Assembly: GCF_018350175.1 (NCBI RefSeq)
Contig: NC_058383.1
Location: 930,001 to 994,000, forward strand
Reading direction: 5' to 3'
Source of the DNA: Felis catus
Lineage: Eukaryota
Length of the DNA stretch: 64,000 bases
Made by a program: the position numbers and the translations under genes. The notes under the pieces are model-generated. The model was not told where the DNA came from. It made no database searches and saw only the letters and a list, made by a program, of their open reading frames with translations. Shown in pieces: positions 36,985-48,879 of the stretch (position 1 is the stretch's first letter; every line of letters starts with the position of its first letter).

Positions 36985-37230
36985 GGAAGGTGCCAAGTCC
37001 ATCCGCTGGGGGACAGTCTACTCACAGAAACCTAATTGACACACACACAGAGTTAACCCCAAAGAGATCAAAGGCCTAAAAGTAAGAACAGAAACTACAA
37101 AACCCTCACAAGGAAACACTGGGGTAATTTTGCTGACCTTGGGTGAGACCGTGGTTTCTTAGTAATGACACCAGACGCACAAGTGACAGAAGAAAAAAGA
37201 CAAAAATCAGGCTCTGTCAAAATTATGACA
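36985..37230 (+). mobile_element. Old L1 ORF2 3' fragment
   Basis: gatcaaaggcctaaaagtaagaacagaaactacaaaaccc, tgaccttggg and tgacaccagacgcacaagtgac motifs. Confidence 0.75.
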
Positions 37231-38379
37231 CGTCCCCAGCCCACCTCCCGGCGTGCAGTGACCAGGTGGTCTCCAGGGGCCTCAGGAAGCAAGGCCTCGG
37301 TTCCCGAGGCGCCTAGGCCCCTCCTCAGGGCACAGCGAGTCCACACAGGCTGGGAGTGGCTGTCAGGCCACCATCACCTGCCAGCACCTTGAGGCCCCGG
37401 GGGGGAAGGGGGCGGGCAGGGTGGTCAGGACACAGGTCTCTGTCCACAGCTGCCTGCTGGCTCCGTGTGTGTGACACCTGCTCCAGAGAGTTCCAGGGAC
37501 GGCGTGTCCGCGGGGCCCGGGCTTCTGGGCACAGAAGTCTGGTGATAGGCTGGGGGGAGGGGGTGTGGGCCCTGAGCTATGGCGAGTGGGGAGCGGCCAT
37601 GGATCGGCGCGGGACAGGGGGGTCACGGGGAAGGAAGGGTGGGGTGTCACGCCCCAGTGCGGGCTCTGCGGTGGGTCACAAGGCCGGCCCGTGACTCCTG
37701 CAGCGTTACAGGCTGGCCCAGCCCTGGCGCCTGTTCGGAAAGCTGTCCCCCCACCCTGATTTCAGAGTCTGGCTCTCAGGCGTGTCCTTCCCCGGTCACG
37801 GGCACACAGGCACCCTGGACCTCCCTGCAGCAGGGCCGTCACGCTTGTGACGAAAGCTATACTTGTCAGAACCAATGGCGGTAGCAGGGGGTTACGCAGC
37901 CTGGGAGAAGACCCTCGCAGACGTGGATGTGGCTCTGGTGGGGCGGGGGAGGGGGCAGGCGGCCAAGGGTGGAAAGCCAGCCGACCAAGGCAGACGAGGG
38001 TGGACCAAGGAGCACCACGTGGCAAGCACCAGGGCGACCACTGGCCAGGACGAGAGCTGCCAACGGTGTGGTGACCATCGGGGCGTTTCTAGAATCCCGA
38101 AGCAGGTCCACAGACATGGCCGATTACCGCACGCTCAAACCCAGGTGCCCCCTGAATCACGTGACCGAGGGAGGTCGGCACGGACTATCCTGCACCAGGT
38201 GCGTTGGGAGGGCACCCCCGTGCCCCACCTGTGTCTGATAACTGGCTTCTCCCAGACGCACTCCCCACCCCGCCAGGTGCACACAGCTCTCCTCCCCACC
38301 GGGGACGCACGCTCCACCACCCTCCGCTCACTCACCACGCACACGGCAGTCGCCGTCCTACATCTGTACATGCTTCCCC

Positions 38380-38905
38380 TCCCCCAGCGTGCACACACGA
38401 TTGCTGTCGGACATGTGCGCACACCTCCCCTCCCCTGCCCTACACCACCCCCAGTGTGCACACCCCTGCCCCTGACCTAACGCCCTCCCAGCGTGCACAC
38501 CCCTGCCCTAACGCCCTCCCAGCGTGCACACACCTGCTCTAACCACTCCCACCGGGTGTGCACACCCCTGCTCCCTGCCTCATGTACACCCCTGCCCCTC
38601 GGTGCACACCCCTGCCCTCACCTCCCCCCAGCATGCACACCCTTGCCCCAAAGCCCTCCCAGCGGGCACACACCTGCTCTAACCACCCCCACCGGGTGTG
38701 CACACCCCTGCTCCCTGCCTCATGTACACCCCTGCCCCTTGGTGCACACCCCTGCCCTCACCTCCCCCCAGCATGCACACCCCTGCCCTAACGCCCTCCC
38801 AGCATGCACACACCTGCCCTAACCATCCCCCCGCCACCGTGTGCATACCCCTGTCCAAACCACCCGCAGCGTGTACACCCCTGCTCCCCCCCGCCCCCCC
38901 GGTGC
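38380..38905. repeat. C-rich minisatellite (~21-24-bp subunits, 140-bp higher-order repeat)
   Basis: Repeated gtgcacacccctgccc units. The block accgggtgtgcacacccctgctccctgcctcatgtacacc occurs at 38551 and 38691. Confidence 0.9.
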
Positions 38906-38911
38906 ACATAC

Positions 38912-38993
38912 CTGGTCGTTGTCATACATGTGCAGTAGCAGCCAGGTCTGCCTCGTCTTCTGGAACTTCCACTTCTCGTGCTTCTGGGCCCAG
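38912..38993 (-). CDS. C7orf50: C7orf50/CHLSN penultimate coding exon (WKF/DUF2373 motif)
   Basis: [27 protein letters not shown], ttcccag| acceptor and |gtatgt donor, phases 2 and 0 fit the neighbouring exons. Confidence 0.95.
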
Positions 38994-41900
38994 CTGGGAA
39001 GCAAGGACAGGACACGTCAGGCGCCGGCGCGAACTGACAGAAGGGTCTGTGCACCAGGTGTGTGGAGGCCCCTCCCCAGCTGGAGGGCGGCAGACGAGGA
39101 GCAGCGGAGGGGGCTCGGGGGCCTGGCGCTGGGAGGACGCCTCACTCCCGAGCGCCTGCCTCCACATCCGCGCCAGACGGCACGGGCACCCGGAGGCTCC
39201 TGAAATCAGCCGCTCCCGCGTCAGCCTTCACCGTGTGCCCGCCAGAGCGGGGACGGCCTTCCAACCGAGAGCTGTGTGTGGAGGGTGAGGGAGAGCAGCC
39301 CAGGGGGAGCCAGGAACCCTGACCCCGAGGGTCGTGCTGGTGTGGGCCACCTGAGGCCGTGTGACCCCCCACCCCAGCCCCCACCCAACCCGCGGCCACG
39401 AGGCCAGCCTGCTGACAAGCAGGAGGAAGAGAAGGGCGGCGTGTCTGGGACTCGGGGGCACCGAGGGGTGTGGGCAGGAGGGCGGGGGGTGAGCCCCCAG
39501 GGTGTGTGATGTGCCCTAGCTGCAGCCTCGACTGGAGGGACAGTAGCTCGCGGGGCCGAGGTGGAGTCACTCTTACTCGACTTCACACACACGGTCACGT
39601 GACAGCAGAGCCGCCTGAGCCCCGCCCCACGTCTGCCGGGGACCACGGGCACTTTGTGTGGCAGCCACAGAGCAGGACCTGAGCCAGACCGGGTCCCTGC
39701 TCCCATGCCATCCCGCTGGGGACCCGTGGATTCACATCTGGGATCTGGCCCTGGAGACTGACCGGCGCCCCTACAAAGCGGTGTGCCTTCAGGGCACCAC
39801 GACCCGGATTCCCGCACCCACAGGTGTGGCCCTCGGCCTGTGCCGGGAACGAGTGGGTGGCAGAAATCGGGCCGTGGTCATTAGAGGAGGCCCGGAGGAA
39901 GAGCCCAAGAGCCGCCAGGCCGGGCGCTGTGCCTGGCTGATCCCTGCGGGTTAACCCGAGGGGCCCCTGCCCCGTGCTGGTTATCAAGTGACTGCGCTGG
40001 CTCACACCGTCCGTCGCCCACTCTGCTGGGGGGAGGGGGGTCTTCAAAAAATGGGTTTGCCAGATGGCGCGACGTTAAGTAGAAGGAGCTGCAGAGCCGT
40101 AAAAACAGGACACGGAGGCTGATGCACTCCGGTTCCAGCAAGCAACCCCCTGGAGCCCACGGTCCACGAAGCCCTGGCCAGGCCTCCCGTGAGCAGCCTT
40201 CCCAGCAAGTCCTGTGGCCACAGCTCCTGTGACTCCTCCCCCAAAGGTGTAGGCCCTGGGCTCGCCTGGCCCTGAGGGGAGGCTGTCTTGGGGTCTGCTC
40301 CTCCTGGGTCTTGGGTTTTGACTTACTAGCAAGCCCTTTGCTGTGCTTACTCATTCTTCACAATGAACTTTCTCTGTTCAAATTACCATTTGGTTCCACT
40401 GACCACCTGCACGCTGGCCAATTCCCCTGCCCCGGAAGATGGCACACGACCTCCCCCAGGGTCTGTGGGGTCCATCCTGGGCTGACGGAGGGTGTGGAGG
40501 TGCCGAGCTCCACTGCCTGGGACCTGGGGCTCCGCGGACCTGGCTGCCATGGCCACGGCATCGACAACACGGACGCGCTGTGTGCCTGACCCGAGCCAGG
40601 GCTCTGGTCTAGCTTAGGCTCAACCCCCCTTGTGGTCACCTGAACCCCCAGTGTTACGGCGGCTTCAGATCTGCCGTGTGGGCCCAAAGGAAGCAAGGGG
40701 CACTGGCTGGGAGCCCCAAGCCCCTAGACCACGACAGGCAGAGAGGAGGCCCCCGGACCAGGACAACAAGGACACAGGAGCGAAGTTGGGGATGACGGAC
40801 ACGGACAAGCCAGCCCGCCTCTCCAGGCTCCTGCTCCATCTCAGAGACGCCTCCCTGAGAGGCAGGACCCGTGGGGATAGAGAATCTGAGAGACCAGGGT
40901 CCACAGGGAGGGAGCGGGGACCCCGCGCCGGGTGGGCTCCTTGGTGGTAAGGGCTGAGCCCCACCCTCTCGAGGGGGTACGGAGTCGTCAGTGGCTCCCA
41001 GAGAACGTGGCTCCGTGAGGTCAGGGGTGAAGGACGCTTCAACACCCAGACGGGCAGAAGCACGTGCAGCTGCTGTACAGGCCCCTGGCCCACGGCCACC
41101 CAGAGACACGTGTGTCCCACGGGCCCCGCCTGAGCCCCAACATCGGGCAGGTTCTGGAGCCCCTGAGCCGGTGAATGTGTCTCTATCTCCACCAACCTGT
41201 CCCCAAGGCCGCGGTCTTCAGGGAAACCCTAAGAACCCGGCCCCAGGCCTCACACGTGCCAACCCCCACATTCCAGCCGGCAGTGCCATCGTGGCCTGGA
41301 GCAGCCCGTGCTCCCGCGGCAATCAGACAACTCGCGGATTTCGTACGGCCCGGTCTGCACGGCAGAAATCTCTCAGCTCACGGGAAGCTGGAATCGGCTG
41401 GCCGGCCCAGGCCCCGGGCGTAAACGAGGGATGGGGCTCAGCAGCCTCTCGTCCCGGGAAGGCAGGCCCTGAGTCGCTGAGGCCGCGCGCCCCGCTGAGC
41501 CCCGCTTACGCAGCACCTGATCGAGTCCCGGCCTGCGCTGGGGATGGGGCTGGGGGCCGGGCGCCCAGCGGGACAGGACGCCCCATGAGGGAGGAGCTGC
41601 CGTGTCCGGCTCAGTCGGCGGGAGGGGCCCCGGTGGAAGAGGGAAGAAACAGCTGGAGTCCGTCTCCCTGCCCCCAGCCCGGCGAGGGGTTGGTGTGGGG
41701 TCTCCGGGGAGAGCATGCTGGCTGCCTCGGCTCTGGGTCTGACATCTCACAGGGGCCAGGCTGCCCTCGGGGCTCCCGCGGGCCCAGAGACCACCGCTAC
41801 CACTCCAAGCACACGCATGGGGTGCAGCTCCCGCCACACAAGACCTACAGCTGCCAGGCACGGGGACGCCGGGCGGCCACAGGAGCCCGCGCGGGCTGGA

Positions 41901-43479
41901 GGCGAGGCTGGAGGCGAGACCCAGACGGCAGAGGACAGGCGGCCTACCACAACATGGATGGCGTCCCCGGGCCGGCCTCTAGGTAATGGGGCATCTGGAC
42001 AGGACAGGCCCCCGGTGGGTGAACGCCAGGGAGCTGGGCAGTCCACGCTGTGGTGGGAGGCGCGGCCTCGGGAGTGAAAACCAGGTCCGCAGCCCGGCCT
42101 CTTGGCGTCCACACGGGGTGTACGTGAAGAGCGGCCGCAGCCCTCTAGCCTGTCCTCACCCCCACCCACCCCAGGCGGGCTCTGCGCCCGTGGCACAGCC
42201 CGAGGTCCACTCTGTGGCTGGCCTGTCCCCCGACTCCTCTGTCCAGCCCCGGCCCCGTGGCCTCCTGTGTCCAGCCGTGACCCGTGCACGCTCACAGAAA
42301 CACGCGTGGGCCCTCAGGCTGACAGCCGAGACCACAGAGGACGACTCTCTCGCTCGAGGACCCACACTGACAAGCAGCAGGCTGGCTCCAGCCCAGGCCC
42401 TGCCATCCCCAAGGCTGGTGCCCCACGCCGTGCCGACAGCCCAACTGAGCCGGGGACCCCACACCCGCACGCCAGCGGAGGGAGCAGCAGGCATCTGTCC
42501 TCAAGTCCCAGCGGGCCCCCACCCACGCGCTCCTGCCCTCTCTGGCCACCAACCGGGGATGGCCTTCAGCTCTGACCTCAGAGAACAGGGCTGCACGGAC
42601 GGTGCTGAGCCCCTGCACCAGGCAGCCCTCGGCATTCTCGGGCTGCTGCTGTGTGTGGTCCCTGCAGGGCTCACTCCTCTAGACCCATGACATGCAGCAG
42701 GGCCAATCCAGCCTCTGCCAGGGCTACGGGGGCTGGCGATGCCCCTGCACCCCTGCTGAGTTTAGGGACGGAGGCCAGGAGGGCTGAGCCAGAGACCTGG
42801 TCCCAGCACATGCAGATTCCCCAGCCGCACCCCAGACCCCAGACCCAGCTCTCTCTTCACTGGGACGTGTGGGAGCGTGTGCCCAGGTGACACCAACACT
42901 GGGGGCTGGACTCCTTAAGGGGTGCTGGTTCCAGCCCCGTCCACTGTGCCCAGCAGCCAAGAGTGCAGAGGCCCCAGGGTCCCACGTCGCTCAGAATTAC
43001 ACATCCCTAAGGCTGGGGACGGGGACCAGCGGACAGGGTCCTCCTCACCCGGGCCACGCTGCGGGACCCTCAGTTCTCTGCCCTGAGGAGGCCAGCCAGC
43101 TGGTGTGCTGGATTCCTGCCCCCAACGCAGCCACGCCCGGGGCCAGCAGGTGGAGTCACGGAGCTGGGACTGGGGGCACTCGCCTTCCTGGCTGAGCCCT
43201 TCCAGGGACCCCTCCGGGGAGGAGCCAAGAGGGCGCCGCTTGGCAGCCCCCTGGGTTATCGACATCTTTGGTTTAACACGTACAGGATGCGAACGAGGAA
43301 CACAGCGAGACACCGCCCCACACCCACCCGCGTGGCTGTCATCAGCGAGGGCGGCGCGGACGGGCGGAAGTCGGGGCCCTTGCCGGTGGGGCCGTTAACG
43401 TGGCGCAGGCGCCGTGGGCAGGTCTGCAGCTCCTGCAGAAACGGGGTCCCTGGCAATCCCGCTCCGAGGCTGTGCCCGA

Positions 43480-43940
43480 GGCCGAGGAAGACACGTCCCC
43501 ACAAGATCCCGTACGGGGACACGCACCACAGCATCAGCCACAACGGCCCCGCGCCCGAAACAACCTTAACGCCCACGAGCGGGTGAGCGGATAAACGAGA
43601 CGTGGCGTATGTGTGCGGTGCGCGGTATCTGGCCGTAAAGAGAAAGGGACGCCTGACACGTGCTGCAACGTGGGTGGGCCTCAAACGTTTCGCCGAGCGA
43701 AGGAAGCGCTTCGCAAAAGGCCACGCTGTGCGTGACTCCCACGTGCACAATCGTCCGGAATCGACGCGCCCACAGAGACACTGGGTGGACGAGGGCTTGG
43801 GTGGAGGCGGGCGGGGCGGTCTGAGGGGAATGGGGAGTGAGTCCCGGGAGCAGGGGCTGCTGTTGGAGTCAAAGGAGTTCGGCGGCGGCCGGGGCGGCTG
43901 CGCATACACCGCTCCCCACGATCAACGCACAGATGAGTGT
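43480..43940 (+). mobile_element. Old L1MB-like 3' UTR fragment, CpG-rich
   Basis: gggtgagcggataaacgagacgtggcgtat, gacacgtgctgcaacgtgggtgggcctcaaa and gggaatggggagtga motifs. Confidence 0.7.
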
Positions 43941-44415
43941 GTCCAAGCTGGGTCTCCCCAGGGAAGCCCGTCTTGATGCTGGCCGCTGATGCCACTGGCT
44001 GGACCCCACTTCCGGAGGAGGAAAACCATTGTGGGCGGCAGGGGCGGGGGGAGGCCGCTGGAACCTGTGACTTTACTTCCCCGCAGGTTCCTCTGCCAAC
44101 AGAAGCCAGCGATCTCACCGGGGCCTGGCTTTTCCGGGAGCTCCTAGACAGGCTTGCGCAGAGCTGTTGGCAAATGCCAGGCTCTGCCTGCCGTGGGAAC
44201 GGGGTAAACCAGGGTCTGTCAGGCACCCCGAGGGCTCGAGCGGGCACTGGGGGTGGTCGTTCTGTGGTGACGCCCACCAGGGCAGGGCCCGGGCTGCGGG
44301 GACACCACTGGCCCCAGGAGCCAGATTTGGAGCAGCTCACCCGAGCCCCCGTCCCTCCTGGTACACCAGAGACCCTCCGGACCCGGCCAGGCCCTGCGTG
44401 AGAGGGTCGCCTTAC

Positions 44416-44612
44416 CCACGGAGGTAGTCCAGGGCCAGCTGGGCCCCGGAGGGCTTGGCCGGCACGCTCGGGGCTGCATCCTTCCGAAGCTGCTTCCTCT
44501 CCTCTTTCCTCCGCTCCTTTTTCAGCTTCCTCTCCAGAACCCTCTTCTCCTCTGGGGTCAGCTCGGGCAGCTCGAGGGCTGTGTCCTGTCCGGCGCCCCA
44601 GGCGGCTCCTCC
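44416..44612 (-). CDS. C7orf50: C7orf50/CHLSN internal coding exon (earlier exons lie beyond the window)
   Basis: [44 protein letters not shown]...[12 protein letters not shown], cctttcag| acceptor and |gtaag donor, 197 nt. Not present in this frame in the ORF track. Confidence 0.93.
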
Positions 44613-45425
44613 CTGAAAGGCAAGGGAAAACCAGCCTGGAAGGGTGCCCCTCAGCTCCCTGGACCCCCTCCCTCACCCCCAGTACCCGGGGAAGGGGCTG
44701 ATCAAAGTCTTGCCCTCCCAGGGACCCAGGAGACCCAGCGCCCGGTGACAAGTCCAGCGGGGAAGGGCCGGGTGTGACTATCTCACCCCAGCACGTGTCA
44801 AAGCTCACTGACCTCGGACCTCTCTCCCGACCCTGCACCTGCACTCACGCACTGGGGACAAGGATTTCTGGGCGGAGAGGAGAGCCCCATCCCCCCACAG
44901 CCCTGCAGGAGACCTGCCCCTCCTCCTTTCCCTCTCCCCAGCCCCCCAGCCCTGCTGCTGCCCCCACTGTCTGCTGCCCTCAGGCTGCCCGCAGACCAGG
45001 TGCACTGAGGCAGGGCTGAGAGCATACTGCTCAAGGTTGCGGGGTGGGGTACCCACAGAGGCCTTTCCACTTAGGAACCCCTCCCGAGGAAGGCCCGGGT
45101 GCCTCCCCCAGCAGCTAAGCAGTTGGTGGACGCAGGCTGCCGGCCTCTCGCTCTCCCCTGATAGGGCCGCGGCCTCCTGACACCCCTGTTTTCCGAGATA
45201 CCTTGCGGCCAGCAGTACAGCCCCAACCCGCTCCCCATATCAAACCAAACCAGGCTTTCAACGGGGCGGGGGATCATGACCCAGGACCTGCACACACGTC
45301 CCCTTTCCTGGAAAACCTGGCACACGAGCACTGGTCACTCCGCCTCTGGCCTGGGACCAGGCCACTGCCCCAAGGCCTCCGGAAGGGCAAAGGCTACCCC
45401 AGGCACATCCAGCGTTTGCAGACCT

Positions 45426-45492
45426 CCCCCTCCCCTCCCCTCCCCTCCGCTCCCCTCCCCTCCGCTCCCCTCCCCTCCGCTCCCCTCCCCTC
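45426..45492. repeat. (CCCCT/CCGCT)n repeat with 15-bp periodicity
   Basis: tcccctcccctccgc repeated. Confidence 0.88.
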
Positions 45493-47599
45493 TCGCCTCC
45501 CCAGAGGCCAGCTTACAAAGTGCCAGTGCCTTGACAACCTTTGTGTTCCCACTCAACGCCAGATCTTTCCGGAATCTTCTAAAACAAAAGAGACGTTCTC
45601 TCTCCAGCTCCCCCCTCTGCCTCCTTTAAAACCAGCAGTGGGGCCTCCAGGCTGCCCCAGGGAGGCTCCAGCAGCCCTGGCACCACGTACACGCATGTGC
45701 ACACACACGCACGGCTCCTCTCACACGGGGCTCACAGGCCGCCAGCACAGGGGGTGCTTCCAGAGGGGGGGTCTCTGGACAGACACAGCCCTGGGGCGGC
45801 ACATGCCCCCCGCCTGCAAGCCTAGTTGCCCGAGGCCATCGGGATTTCTGAGGGTTTCCTGAGGTCCAGGGGAGCAGTGGTGACACCATGATGGGAGGCA
45901 GGAGGGCAGGCCCGGTGCCCTCCTGGGGTCTCCACCTTGACTGAAGACGTGGCCTCGGGGCCGGCCTAGGAAAGAGGCCAAAACTGCAATAAACCCAGTG
46001 TTTCTCGAGACCACTTCTGTGCGGCCTGTGCTCCAAGCAGGATGGGCGGGAGCAAGACGCCCTTCCTGCCCGTTTCATCCCGGGTCCCAGGGGGCCTGCT
46101 GGTGGCCTCTGAGTTCGAGAAGCGGGGTGCAGACCGGCCCACCTGGGCCCTGCTCTTCCAGGGGGTGGGGGCAGAGGTCACGACACCCCAGGAGCGCTCA
46201 GGGAAAGCCAAGCCGCTTGCAGGGTCTGGACGCTCGTCCCGAAGGCGAAGGAGGCAGAGCTGGGACCAGAGCCGGAGTCACAGCACGTGAGCAGGGGCTG
46301 GGGGCGGGGAGAGGGCAGGCCCCGCCCTCCCACAGAACCAGACCTTTATGCCCCCCAGAAGGCGGCTCATCGTGGCAGCAGCTCTACGGCAAACGTTTTT
46401 AAGAAGCATCGAGAGAAGCGTCAGGCGACAGTCTGCGGTCCGGTTATCCGTTCACGTGGAAAGTGCTATCGGGTGGCGGCAGGGTGCTGCTGTGGCAAAG
46501 GGCCCAGGGCCGTGAGGTCAGGGCACCTCAGACGACAAAACCCCGACTGGAGTTTGTGCGTGGCGTCTACGGACGCACCCTAAGCGCCACACGGCGCTGC
46601 CCCTGAAGGGCTGGCCGGCAGGGGAGGGACAGTCTCTGCTCGGTCCTCGGTTTACGGATGTGGACAGAGCCCTGCCCGAGCCACATCTGTGTGGCCCCCG
46701 GCACCGAGGATCTTTAGCCACAGTAGTCTCTCCGTAAACTGTCCACAACAGTCTAACCAGTGCTCCCCGCAGCTGGGTGCTCCCCAGGGTCACGGTGGGA
46801 TCCGCCCCCCTGGAGTCCGGGCCCCCTGACGTCAACTGCTTCGTGGCCCGGAGCTTGGGGGGCAGAAGGGACTCCAGAGTCGGGTCCAGAAAACAGCAGC
46901 AGGCTCACAGGCCTCCCCACCAGGAAGGCCCCACTTCCTTCTGGCTCTGAACCTAGGAAACAGGTGGGCAGGAAGCCCATGCCTCTGGCTGTGGCACCTT
47001 CAGAAATTTCGCTCTAGTTCAAAAGTACACCTTAATCAGACTTACTACTAGGTATCACCCGGTAGCACAATTTCCCTTATCTAACAACGAAGAACAAAAA
47101 AGACCGTTTCCTACAACGTTTTAAAGAAATGTTTTATTCTGAAACAAGACGCGGGTACAGTCATCAGAGGCATCGCAGACCCCCACGTGGCCTCTGTCCA
47201 CGTTCCGTGGCACCGTCTGCAGACAGACCTAGAACCCTTTCAACGATCGGAAACCCACAGCGACAGCAGCAGATTCAAGTGACAGTGAAGGATACGGAAC
47301 GTGCAGGTACGAACTGTCAGATCCTTCAAAGGCTAACTTCCCCAATCCCTCTCACCACCCCAAAACCCCCGGCTAAAGTAACACGTGAGCGACGGCTACC
47401 CCCTAGTGCCCGCGTGAATGAAACAATTTCCCCTTTCGTTTTGCTTGCAGCGTCCTGGTTAAAATGAGAACGATTTCAGAAAAGGTGTGTGCGGACAACT
47501 CCGGAAGCTGCTGCTCCTGGAACACAGCCGAGTCTCCAGGTGCGTGTGGTGGCGGGCACGACGCCCTCCGGGAGTCTCGGGCTGGCGCTGAGTGGAGGC

Positions 47600-47672
47600 A
47601 GACGCGGGCTCTGGCCTCGAGGAGCTCACGGCCGGATGTAAGTGAGCTCCTGGAGGACAGGGAGAGCGGCTG
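47600..47672 (-). ncRNA. MIR339: pre-miR-339 hairpin
   Basis: 5p arm UCCCUGUCCUCCAGGAGCUCAC (47663-47642) matches recalled miR-339-5p. 3p arm UGAGCUCCUCGAGGCCAGAGCCC (47628-47606) pairs with it. Syntenic position in a C7orf50 intron. Confidence 0.95.
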
Positions 47673-48644
47673 TCAGAGCGGCTGTTCAGGGCGGCAGGGC
47701 TCCTGGCGGGGCACAGCTCCTGGGTGCAGGGTCCTGCACAACGTAGCGGGGCCTGGACCCCCCTCTCGGAAGGCTTTTAAATGCAGGAAACGGAACACAC
47801 AGGACATGCGGGGCACAAACGGAACCCTTCATCAAAAGACCGTCGACACCACACGAACTCATCCGTGCGGGTCTGTCGTGCAACCGGGCAGGGGAGCCGA
47901 GTACAGGTGACGCCGGGAGCGGTCTCCACCCGTCACGTGCCAGGAAAGTGTCCGTGCCCTCCACACATCCTGCCAATGCCACCGTGGCCTGCCAACATTC
48001 ACAGCGGAAATGCCAAAAGTCAGGAGAGACCGTGCAAATAGTGTTTCCTTAATCCAGGTTCAAACTCCCTGGGTCTGTAAGTCGGGGTGAAAAACATAAC
48101 TGCAACCTGAGCCCACCTGCCCAGGCCTGCGGGTCCCCCACGACCCCGGGGACAGCCAGGCTCCTTCCCCACCCGGCTCTCGCCACCTAAACCCACCTGG
48201 CCTTGGAGGACGGACGTGATGAAAACCGCCGGACCCTCCTCCCAGAAACACACACCCAGGGACACACGTTAAGGAACAGACTCCAGGATCCCAGTGGAGG
48301 TGACCTCCTTGGTGGCCAGAAATGAGGAACTGGAGGGGTGAAGTCTTGTCCACAGACGGTCACAGGTGGGAGGTGGGCAGGGACAGTGGCCCTTGGGGGA
48401 CAGGCCAGTGCTCCGCAGAGGCTCTCCCACACGGGCGTTCTTCAGAGCCACGGCCTGGGCTGTCGGTGGGACCTGCCGCCCAGTCCCGGCTTCCAGGGCC
48501 GTGGCACCACCCCCCTTGCTAGCACAGACCCTGCGCACCAGACTCCCCAGAGCCAGGACGCCAGCAGAGGTGGAGAGCACTGGGCGGCCAGCCTGTGTTT
48601 CAGCACTAGGAGACTCGGTTTTTACTCCTGCTGTTGCTGCTTTC

Positions 48645-48675
48645 TTTTTAATATTTACTTCCGAGAGAAAGAGAG

Positions 48676-48706
<31 letters not shown>

Positions 48707-48879
48707 GGAGAGAAAGAGGGAGAGACACAGAGAGACACGGGCGCAGCCCGAACAGGGGAGGGGCAGAGAGAGAGGGAGACACAGAACCCCCCCGATGCGA
48801 GGCTCAAACCCATGAACCGTGAGATCGTGACCTGGGCCAAAGTCGGACGCCCAACCGACTGAGCCACCTGGGCGCCCCC
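48645..48879 (-). mobile_element. CAN SINE with expanded (GA)n
   Basis: Tail, (GA)n and head gactgagccacctgggcgcccc. Confidence 0.9.

Noticed and set aside
38380..38905. CRISPR-like repeat array
   Set aside because: Eukaryotic minisatellite with no unique spacers and no cas genes.
43681..44844. 387-aa minus-strand ORF
   Set aside because: Overlaps the real C7orf50 exon in a different frame and runs into an L1 remnant.
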